From: Eledone cirrhosa
Lineage: Eukaryota
Length of the DNA stretch: 64,000 nucleotides
Direction: 5' to 3'
NCBI GenBank assembly: GCA_964016885.1
Contig: OZ024740.1
Span: 298,344,001-298,408,000 of the forward strand
Made by a program: the position numbers and the translations under genes. Of this stretch, positions 28,001-40,000 are shown one piece after another. Positions within the stretch are counted from its first letter, which is position 1; the number at the start of each line of letters is the position of its first letter. The notes beneath the pieces are model-generated. The model had not been told where the DNA came from, did no database searches, and saw nothing but the letters and a program-made list of their open reading frames with translations.

Positions 28001-31000
28001 GTGTGACAGTAATGCTGTGTTACATTAAAACTTTCCTATTATATGGAATGTACACAAGGTAGTTTTTTGTATATTGTATAATCAGTGGGACACAGACACT
28101 TTCTGTTGACTCTCTAATACTAAATCAGAATTACTTAAGATATATGGTGTTAGGAAGGGCATCCAGCCATAGAAAACCTGCCAGAAACAGTTCTGTACAA
28201 GCGAGACACGGTCTCTCGACCAATCTCGCCTTAAGTGGGACAAACCATCCAACCTATGCTAGTGTGGAAGATGGATGTTAAACGATGATGATATGCACAT
28301 ACTCATCACCATCACCCTTTTTACACATGATAAACATATACATTATATCATACTGAGTTAGCAGAACTGCTTTAACATTGGATTAAATGCCTTACAGTAT
28401 TTAGTTCTATTCTTCTACATCCAGACTTCAATTCCTAACTACTGTTAGAGATTAAGACCAGTAGTTCCAGGGGGGCCAATACAATCCTCCCCCCCCCCCC
28501 CCAAAAAAAAAGAACAACAAAACTTTTTGTCACAAGATATCAGCAGTCAACGTACCAATAGGCAATTCTTTCATGATATAGGTAGCTAAAGCTACGCTAG
28601 ATTCAGGGTCTTTGATTTTTGACAGGATGTTTTTAATTGAGTCAATGAGCTCCTTGTTTACTTCATCGAAACTCCATTTGCATCGATATTTCTCTTCTAG
28701 TGTATTTGCCTTTCTATCTCCCAGAGAAGACACATAAGCCCTGATGGTATTTTGAAGAGCAACTACATACAGTTGGTCTGAAGAGAGCTGAAATGAGATA
28801 CAAATCAAAGCAAATCTTATTGAAATAATAGAAATTAATGACAAAAGTACACAAAACAGTTTACATAGTGTAGGAGTTATCACATCTATTTCACACAAAC
28901 AGAAATGTTTTAATCCCATTACCGAAGGCATCAGCTTCTTTGTAGTGGTGATCTAGCATGATCAGAACCACAATGGTTCAATGAAACTAAATAATTGAAT
29001 AAGAGGGTGTTGTAAAATGTAGAAAATAGTGTTTTGCTTGAAAGCTACCACAATGTGAATTGGGTGGTAACTGTTAAAAATATAACGATGTTAGGATATT
29101 ACTGTACAGTTCTTTATACGAGGGGGTGCTGAAAAGTTCCTGGCTATGGGTAAAAGAAAATACAGGAGGATCAATTGATTATGATTTCATTGAACATATT
29201 CCCCTCTCAGATTCACACACTTATTGTAGTGGTCCTTCAATTTTTCTAAGCCCTGTAAAAAGAACTTGGCAGATTGGGCTTCCAACAAGGCCTCTGTAGC
29301 AACGATCAAGCCAGGAACTTTTCAGCACTTCCTCATAGGTCCTTATATTATGGGATGAAATCCTTTAATCAAAAGATTATAGAAGAAACTAGGTCAGAGG
29401 TGTATGTTTTTTGTTGCAGGGAATGTCTGGGTTTTACGGTCCACTCTGGAGCATGGTTTTCCTCTTTATTCATAACAGCTTAAAAGTGAAAAACAATTTA
29501 CAGCTCTGAACTAGTTTCTTTTGATGAAGGGATTTTATTTTGAAATATAAAGACCTATAAAGAACTTCAGGGCAACATCCCAACATCTTTGTTATCATAT
29601 TTTTAATATTTACTAAAGTGGTTGTGTAGGTGTCATGATAAAAAGCACCCAGCCCACATTGTAAAATGGTCAGTTGGTGACACGACAAAAAGTGTCCAGC
29701 CCATACTGTAAATGGTCATGTAGGTATCACAACAAAAAGCACCCAGTACACACTGTAAAGTGGTTGTATAGGCATCACAACAAAAAGCACCCAGTCCACA
29801 CTGTGTAGTAGTCATGGTGACACAAAAAGTGGCCAGCCCACACTGTAAAGTGGTCATGTAGGTGACACAACAAAAAGTGATGATGATGATGATGATGTCT
29901 AATTCACTTTGTGGCAGCTTTCAAACTAAATAGTTGAAGCTATCTAAAGTATGGTACAGTTATGAACTATCAATCAAATTATATATTCAACAATTATGTT
30001 CTTATCTAATTACACACACAAAATAAACAATATTCATACTTCTAACTACATTCAGCCAGAACAGTCTCTCCAACTGCTAAAAATAGCAGCCAACTCTCCC
30101 ACAGTACTACTGGATATATAAAAAGAGGAGGTGTTATGTCTGGAACATCTTTGATCAGAGTAGACCTAGGATTCTACAAAAAACAAAAACAACCTGGCTC
30201 CTGGAAGCTTTCACAGGGTCTACTCTGCTGCTAGTATTCCAACCAAGTATAGTGTTCGAGATATTTTCCTTCCTTCCTACTCTTTTCCTGCTATTTCAAG
30301 CGTTGAACTAATATATTTCTTCAATGTACTGTGTCGTTTGCTTTGTTATTTCTGTTTACCTTGTACATACATATAGATAAATCAACTTGACTTAGTAGTT
30401 ACCTTCAAGATATTTGTCAGAAGTAACCATTCTTCAACATTATCAATACTCAGCTCTTTTGCTATGAGAAAAGAAAAATTGTTAAACATTATTCTAACAA
30501 AAACAAAAGCTCCCCATCTTACCTCGATGCATATTCACAGATATATACACACACACACACCTACACACATATTCTACATACAGCTTACACTGTGGGACAT
30601 TCCCTTCATCACCTGTTGACTGGAGATCTCTATGATTCTAGCACCTTCTGACAGTATTACTTCATTCAGTGGTGCTAAACAGCATTGATGCTATCAGAAT
30701 ATTCAGATTTTATAGTCTACTTTGCAGCACAATTTTCCTCATTATTCATGTCACTGTCACCAGTATTATGATGTTTTCTCCTTGCTGAGGGTTGGTTCTG
30801 CTCTCAGCACTGGCTTTTTGCTTAAATGCTTTTGCCATATCCACCTCTCTTCTCTCCAAGTCCAATGTCAGCCAGGCAGAACATGATGGATCTAGCCACA
30901 AGTCCATGATATATATATGTGTGTATGCATGCATGCATGTGTACACACACAAATATGTTTTCTTATGTAACTAATTACATTTCCCACTCAACTCTACAGC

Positions 31001-34000
31001 AACCCCAAGACAGCTCATACACAAATATAAAAATTGCTATCTATGACCAAATTTTCTTTTCTAGTTGAAACTTTAAGGTGCTTTTAAATTAAATTTTGAT
31101 ATGGAAAAAGGCAGGCTCAAAGCATTTATAGGCCTTATAGTAGTGAGGTTGACATGAATATTTTGTTTGAATTTCTGCAGGAAAATGTGGGCAGTAGAGG
31201 ATAAGAAGTTTCAGTGAAGTGTTTAGTGTAGGGTTTTGAGAAAGATGATACACAATAGGGATACTGAGAGGAAAACAGAATGATGTATTTGGTGGTTTAG
31301 TATGCTAGTTTAGAGGGACAGGAACTATTGTAATATAATAGTAGAAGAGACAAGATATAGCATGTTAGAGTGTAATTTGTTGTAGTCTAGAAAGCTAGTG
31401 TATATCCCAAGCATGGTGTATTCACACCTTGTATATGTTGAACGGTTGTTAAGAGCTGAAGTACTTTCTGGTCTTGAAGATACAACCTAACCATTGAGAT
31501 ATTGTTTTGACTATGTTAAAGGTTATGTGGTTGATATGAATTGCTACTTCTGGTTCTGATGCACATTATTTTTTGGTTGTCTTACTGAAGTTGAATGTTT
31601 TATCCGAATAAAAAAAGATAACTTCTAGGCTATTGTTTCTCATTATAACAATTATAAAAAAAAAAAAAATTGAATTAGTATTCTTTTCAATGAGGACATG
31701 CACCAGTTAAGTATGGGGAGACATTTGTTCCCCTTGGCTAAAGAGAACAAAGAAACAGAATGGAATAAAATGTTCTAGTTTGCTCAAAGTATTGTGTATA
31801 ATATATAATGTGGAAAGTGATATATGTAAGAAGACTAAGATAATGCAAAATGGATGGTAAGATGAAGGCAACAAAAAAGTTAGTTACATGGTAATCTTTT
31901 TTTTTTCATCCTAATATTTCAGCACTTAAAATTCCCTTTGTCAGAGTATAAGGAACTCTAAACGTTCTGGTCTATTGAAATATTAGGAGAAAAAAAAAAA
32001 AAGAAGATTACCGTGTAACTAACTCTTTCCTTGCCTTCATCTTATCATCCATTTTTCATTGTCTTAGCCTCCTTACACATATCACTTTCCACATCATCAT
32101 TTCATTTTACGTCCGCTTTTCCCTGCTTGCAAGGGTGGGACAGGAACTGATTCTGGTTTGATTTCTACAGCTGGATGCCCTTCCTAACACCAACCTCATT
32201 TACAGTGAGTGCTGGGTGCTTTTTTTGCTATGGCACCACGACCACTTTGCAGTGGAATGATAGGGACTCCAGTCCCTATCATCTCATTTCTACAGCTGAG
32301 TAAATTGGAGCAATGTGAAATAAAGTGTCTTGCTCAAGGAAACAACACATCACCCGGTCTGAGAATTGAACTCACAACCTTTCGATTGCAAGGCCAATGC
32401 TCTAACCACTAAGCCACGTGCCTCCATATCATATATATTATATATTTACATAAGATAATGAGTAGGGTGGTAATGATTGCTGTGATAGAAGCAGTCATAG
32501 TGATGTCAGATGTTAACAGCAGTACTCAGATTTTGAAGCCTAATGTTTGAAATGTTTGTGAAGGCTTTAGATCTCAGCTGTACACAAGTTATAAGGACAG
32601 TAATATAAGTGATGGGTAAGACTAAAACAACCACAGATAGCATAGATGGTAATCCTAACATCTGTTCTTGAATAAAACACTCAATTTTACATCACTCCAG
32701 TATACTCAGCTAAAAATTAGTACCAGCAGTAGCTGGGGGCTTAACCCTGCTAAGGACTAGCGCCGTGTTCAGAATGGAGATTTATACTCTCAGTTACTTA
32801 ACACCAAGGAAACCAAGATAAGCACCAGCCTAGAGAGACTCCGGACTTGAGAGAGATTTTAGACAATGAAGTTTACTCTGTTTGCAAGCATTCAATTTAG
32901 ACATCTGACACCAACCCCATTTACACTGATGTAGCATTAATCACATCAATCTCATCTGCCTGAGTGTGCCTACAAAGGTCAAGAGGACTGCAAACCATTC
33001 ACCTGACTAACTTGTTAGAAAAAAAAAAAAAAAATTTAATGAAAGATATACAGTAGATTTTTACTGATTAATCATACAAAGAAAACAGAGAAATTTATTT
33101 TAATTTGTTTATATATTAACTCTTAAAATCCTGTAATGATTTAGTAGAAAATATTTTAAAAAATAGCTTTGTTAATTCAAATATTTATAGTGTCTTTACT
33201 AGTGGACAGATCAGTGAAAACTTGCAGTATTATAGTCAAGACTAATTTTTAATGTGGTTCAGTCACAGTGCTGTTTTATACTTTTCAAGAATGTCTTTGC
33301 TAATGAAGTTTGATGTGGTAAAGAGCATTCAGAGTTAAGAAACCCTTGTTAGCAGGGGAAGTGGATGTTAAAACAATAAAGCTGAAAGTACTTACAAATT
33401 ATCTGCCACGGATCACTGATCAGAGAGTTAAAGGCCAGCCTTGTTGAACTGACTGATGGTAAACATTCAATGATATATTGTAACTATTGAGTAGATAATA
33501 AAATATTAAAGATTAAGTGTTGGATAGCATTTCAAAATAAAGGGTTGGAAACAATTGAAAAGATTATTGAGAAAACACTGACTTCAAATCAACGAGGCAG
33601 TCTTGACATGGTCATTTAACCTGCAAGAAACAACAACCAAATCACTCTCACATCACACTCCATTGATGTAAAAAAAGTAAGAACATACATAGGATAATGA
33701 CACCCTAGTTAACACAAAGCCTTATTAAAGGAAATGGGCTTTTTAGCATCTCATGACAACATTTTTTTTCACTATTTAGATTATTGTCATGAATCTTGGG
33801 TAATGACTGAAACACAAGCAGCTGGGGTTCTTCTGAAGGGTCTTTGGAGTAATGTTACCCGATAGAGTGTGTTGCTTGGAGATCTAGAAGCCACTCCAGG
33901 TAGAGTTGCTACTTCTCTGATACTACAGACGTGGTCAGAATGTCTAAGGAAAGACTCGCTGGACAGATTTTTACAGGCAAAACGATCTGGCAGGAGGCCC

Positions 34001-37000
34001 AGAGCAAGATTGATGGATAACATTCAAAAGCTTGACTGGTTTCGCTTGGAGAACCAGCCAGTTGCTTCTGACAGATCTGCTGGAAGGCATGCTTCAGGAT
34101 TTGGTTCTCATGATCCTCCCAGGAATAAGTGGGAGCAGGAGAGGAGAAGGAGAGGAGAAGGAGAAATTATAAAGGGAAGATGTATTAGTTTATCAATACA
34201 ATACTGGTTCTTACTTTAGTAATATCGGCAAAATGAAAGCTGTAGTCTGCCTCATTGAGATTTAAGGCCAGATGTGTAAAAGTTTAAACTAGTTACTGCA
34301 AAATAACTAGAGAAAATAATTGTTTCTACTTTAGGCACAAGGCCAGCAATTACCCAGTGCATTACTGGTACTTTATTTTATCGACCCCGTAAGGATGAAA
34401 GGCAAAGTCAACCTCGGCGGGATTTGAACTCAGATCGTAAAGGGACGTAACTATGCTGGAAAGCATGGCGTCCGACCCTCTACCGATACTGCCAATCCAC
34501 CGGTTCAGTAGCTTTTTACACTTCAAGGAGAAAACACAACAGACAAAGATTTATTGACAAATGATGGCCAGACAGATATATATATATATAGAGAAAATAA
34601 CTAGAGAAAATAATAGTTTGTATATAAGTTGGAAGTCAAGACTATATGATTGTAAGATACTGATAGTTTTTCAAAGAACATTACAGATTGAAATGAAATG
34701 CAATAGTTGCTGCTTGGAATTCAAAGTGGGTTGTGAAATTGGCAGACCCCAAAAACATATCACTACAATACATATAATACAAGAGAAATAGTGATTTCCA
34801 ACACAGGTACAAAAGAACTACTCCACACTTTGAAAAGAAAACTGAAAACAAAGTACTTACATTCTCCTGGTTCCCATCAGTACAGAAATGCCTTTCATAG
34901 TCACAAATATCAGCAGTTCTCTTGTAATTTTTCAACCAGTTCAGTAGCTTTTTACACTTCAAGGAGAAAACACAACAGACAAAGATTTATTGACAAATGA
35001 TGGCCAGACAGATATATATATATATGGACAAATAAGTAATGATTTCTTTTGACTCGGTACAAAGCTATTTTCAAATAAAAAAGATGGAAGAACATCTAAC
35101 AGCTGAAGCAGAAACTGCTGAGCTGAACGATCTCCACTCTGTTTCAATATCCTCAGTTTGCTTAGGGAGTTGCCACATAAAAACGAAAAAGGGGGAGGAG
35201 AATGAACACGCACATATATATATTGACATGTCATAATACAAGTGAGCAAAGAGCAATTCAACTATAATTGTTTCTACTTTTGGCACAAGGCCAGCAAAAG
35301 ACCCAGTGCATTACTGGTACTTTATTTTATCGACCCCGTAAGGATGAAAGGCAAAGTTAATCTCGGCGGGATTTGAACTCAAAATGGCAAGGACCGTAAC
35401 TCTATGCGTCAAAGCATGGCGTCCGACCCTCTACCGATACTGCCAATTCAACTATAATGATGTTGAACTTACCTTATCGAAGTATGGTGTAGCTTCAATT
35501 GCATAAGCTTCTCCCAGAATCAGACCCATAGTTTCATAATCATACATATTGATCTATTGATTGAAAGAAGAACTAATGTTATGTATACAACTTGGGAAAG
35601 GGTAAACACTTATGTCTACTGCATAGTGAAACTAGAAGAGCCTGTTGCTTTAAATTCTTACCTGGGAAATGTTCTAAATCTAAGTCTTTATTAACTCTTA
35701 ATATCTTGTAATGCTTTATCAGAAAATATCTAAAAATCAGGCTTGTTAATTCAAATGTTTAGTGTCTTTACTAGTGGACAGATCAGATTGTTGTGAACAA
35801 TTTGCAGTAAACTTAAGACATTAAAATCATTAATATAATGCAGTCATAGTGCTGTTTTGGACTTTTCAAGAATGTCTTATTAATGCCGTTTTATGTGGTC
35901 TAGGACTTAAAAAGTTAATGAGAGGAAGAGGGAGGAAACAAGAAGAAAAGATAAAGAAAATGAGTAAAAATGATGGGAGATAAAGAAAGGAGAGGTGGAG
36001 GTGGATGACGGAGTGGGAGAAAGAAAGGTAGAGAGAAATAACAAAAATAGTTGAAAGGAAAAGTTAAATAGGCTAATGAAAAAGGAAGAAGAAATACTGA
36101 CCGAATTAATTAAGTTTGAGAGCTCTTTTAGCAGTCTAGATTTTGATTTAACACTTCGTATTATTGCCAGCACTCTGTTCTGCTTATGATGATATTGTGA
36201 AGGGGTGGAGCTTGACAATTGTGCATAGGAGACAGCCATAGACTTGACCACATATTTTAAATATAACAGTAAGCCTTCATCTTCCTCAATTTGGAAATCT
36301 CTGAATAGAAAAATAATTGAATAAGTACACATATTTATTCATTTTGTTTTACATGGCCACAACTTCAGTCTATTGCTACATATATTCTCTCTACTCTCAT
36401 TTGCCAGACAAATATTACTGCTTATATGGAATATAAAACTTCAGCTTTGAATAAACTCTACCATGTCTATTGAATACTATTTTTCTATGATTGAAAAAAA
36501 TCCAAGCAAGCAGAAAACTCACTTGCAGAAAGTTTTAACAAGATCAACTCCAATTGAATTGCAGGATGCCATTTGCTGTAGGACTTTGTATTTCTCCTTT
36601 AGTGGGCCATGGAATGCAGCTTTGAAACATATCTGAAAACATGACAGAAAGATAGTCTAAATGATAAGTTAGAGTTAGAAATGTTGTCGTCTCGTAGCTT
36701 AGTGTAAATGAAAATTCTTCTTCATCGCTCACTTATTCCTGAGAGGATCGTCGGGGGAGTCATCAAACACTCTTTCAGATGGTCCTGTCAGAAGCAATCA
36801 TCACCAACTGATCTGGTTGGATTCCCAAGTGAGACCAGCCAAGCTCATGAATATTATCCAAACATCTTGCTTAGGGCCTACTCCTGGGTCTCCTGCCCGT
36901 TAGTTTTGCCTGTAAAATGTGTCTAGCAATTCTTTCCTGAGACATTCTAACCACATGCCCATAGTATCAGAACTGTGATCTCTCAATCTGGAGAAGTAGC

Positions 37001-40000
37001 AGCTCTACCTGGAGTGACTCTCTGATCTCTGAGCTATGCTCTCTATTGAGTAATGTTATTCTGCATCTACTAAATTACTCAATAATTACTTCTCCGAATT
37101 GAGGGAGCTCTGATACTATGAGCATGAGGTTAGAATGTCTCAGGAAAGAATTACTGGGCAGATTTTATAGGCAAAACCAACTAGCAGGAGACCCAGGGGT
37201 TGACCCTGAACAAAACGGTTGAATAACATCTATGAACTTGAGGATCCAACTGGATCAGTTGGAAACACTTCTGGCAGGACTCGCTGGCAGTAGTGTTTGA
37301 CGATCTGCCTCCACAAACCTCTCAGGAATAAGTGGGCGAAGAAGAAGAAAACAAATATATGAAAGTGAAACAAATTTGAGAAAAATACTGTCCAGTATTA
37401 TTCAGATAGGATCTGTATGTCATAAAAACTATTGATAACTTGACATCCTTTGCCCACCCTGAAGAGGAATTCTGCTCAAATTGGTACCATATTACAGATA
37501 TGTAAAAGAAAGAGGCTTAGTTGTTGGCTATTGAATAGAATAATAGGGTTTGAGAGGATATTTCAGTCTGGATGGGTATGTAACAATGTGTCTAGTGTTG
37601 GTACCACAAAAAACACACCCAATCGTTGGTATTAGGAAGGGTACCTAACCACAGAAACCATGTTAAATATGGAACATATGAGCAAGATGGGTCAATCCAA
37701 TCCATCTGGTCTTTGACTATGACAATGCATTCAACCCAGCAGACAGTTGATGGTGGTGATGATGATGACGATGGTGATGATGATGACGATGGTGATGATG
37801 ATGATGACGATGATGATGTCAATGACGACAATGATAGTTCTTAGTTGATCATCAATACCTTATATTTTCCAAGCTGATGTCCCCAATATGCATTGGTTTC
37901 AAGAATTCTACAGTTTAGAATGTCATCATGTTCTTTGTGAAGGAGAGCCAGAGCATTTCCTACTTTAGCTAGGGCCTGTAAAATAAATAAAAATTAATAT
38001 AGTTACACATTAACACAAACTGATATGCACTTAATAGATGATACATTCAACAAGATAACTATTGTTTGCAATAGATTTTTGGGAGAAAAATAGTTCTGAT
38101 TGAATAGAAGGAACCTACGGCTGAAATAGACCAACCTCAGAAAATTTAGTTCGATATTATCAGAGAACTTTGGATGATACACATATACATACATGCTAGC
38201 ATTATACCTCTAGGCTCACAAAAGTAGTTAAGTATATATTTATTGATTTTATGAATACACACACACAATAGTGTGTGTATTAAAGAACGTGGCTAATGAA
38301 AAGACATCTGGGTCTGTAATAGTAGCTGTGAAGTAATCAGAAGTAGAAAATTAGACATTGTTGGAAATCATCATCATCATAGTTTTATGTCCATATTGCC
38401 ACACTTGCATCTCTCCACACATCGTGTTTCTTCGTTATCTCCTATGTGAGTCTCAGTGATTTGGGGTCAGCTCTCACTACATCTGCCCAAGTCTTCCTTG
38501 GTCTACTTCTACTGCGGTTTCCTTCCACTGGGATTTCCTGGCACTTCATCACCTAATGATCTATATCAACTAAGATTAAATTAAGACTTCCAGCCTGTAG
38601 CTCACAAAATCTCAGCTAAGCTTTTGTTTTTGTTTTTCAATCATATTTCTCAGTTAACTATTAATTTTTATAAGAGTATACCTATGAACTTTCTCATGTC
38701 TTGGCAACCTGCTGCCATCTGTACATCTCTTTCTCTCTCTCATGTTCTCTTAAAATCACTATCTGTCAACCTTCTTTCACTATAATTCAACCAGCTCTAA
38801 GAATTTTAGCAGCTCAGCCTTTAGTTCATGAAATCCTAGCTAAGCTTTACTTAAAATAATTGAAAACAAACAAACAAAAAGAACAAAAAGGTTTTTTACC
38901 TTTAGTCTTCGGTAATTGTAACCAAAATCTTTTTTCATTTTCTTCACACCATCAGTGAGGTGTTTCTTTGGAAGACTCCAGGCCAAGCCAAGAGCATAGT
39001 GGTGATCCACACTCTGTTGGCTGAATACCTGTTAATAAGTGGTGAACAGAAATGACAAATAAATTGAAGTAAAATCAATAAAAGCAATTCATTTTGACGA
39101 GGCTGAAGGACAATTTTTGCAAAGGGCAGAGTATGATAAATTGAATTACCCTACCACACCAGTGCTTTTTACAGATACTATAATTAGTCCTTTCATTACA
39201 ATAAATAAAATTAAAAAAATACTGCCTATGATTTTTTACAAATCCTTTAAGAACTAATCACGAATTTGGAGGGATTCAATAATGTAACTTTCTCATTTTT
39301 AAGCTGGAGTTTGGAGCATCACTTAAAAGTTCTTATATAAAATTATGATGGAAAGTTTGAATCTTGGGTAATGACTAAACAAATATGATCGTGAATACAA
39401 GCAGCTGAAATAGGGCCTCCCTGGAGAGTCTTTGGAATAACATTACTCAATAGAGTGTGTAGCTTGGAGATCAGAAAGTCACTCCAGGTAGAACCACTAC
39501 TTCTCTGAATTGAAAGATCACAGCTCCGATACTATGGGCATGTGGTTAGAATATCTCAGGAAAGAATCGCTGGACAAATTTTACAGGAAAAAAATAACTG
39601 GCAGGAGACCTAGGGGTAGAATCCGAGCAAGATGGTTGGATAACATTCATGAGCTTGGCTGGTCTTGATTGGGGATCCAGCTGGATCAGTTGCTTCTGAC
39701 AGAACCTGTTGGAAGGAGTGCTTGAGGACTGCCTCCAAGACCCTTCACCACTTATTAAATTTTGCTAATCTATCTTCATCGAAATTTTATTTTAAGTGGT
39801 AGCATTCCTGCAACAATTAATTTTCTTTAGACATTAAAAAACATTATACATGACCAAAAAAGTACATTACAAGAAATCCCATATGTTATAAAATAAATAG
39901 AATGGGTTGGGGTTTCAATATGTAAACTGAAGGACTAATTCTGTTTAAAAAAAAAAAAAAAAAAATCAATGGAGACAACCTACAAAAATTACTGATGTTC

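Noticed and set aside
30600-30952. Coding-looking minus-strand stretch ([18 protein letters not shown])
   Set aside because: No convincing splice sites, not needed for the KNTC1 frame and no family recognised; a BLASTX search would settle it.
34381-34502. tRNA genes at A/B-box-bearing sequences
   Set aside because: They are SINE heads with conserved bodies, tails and TSDs, not complete cloverleaves.
37592-37844. Poly-Ser and poly-Asp ORFs
   Set aside because: Translation of a (GAT/GAC)n retroelement tail.
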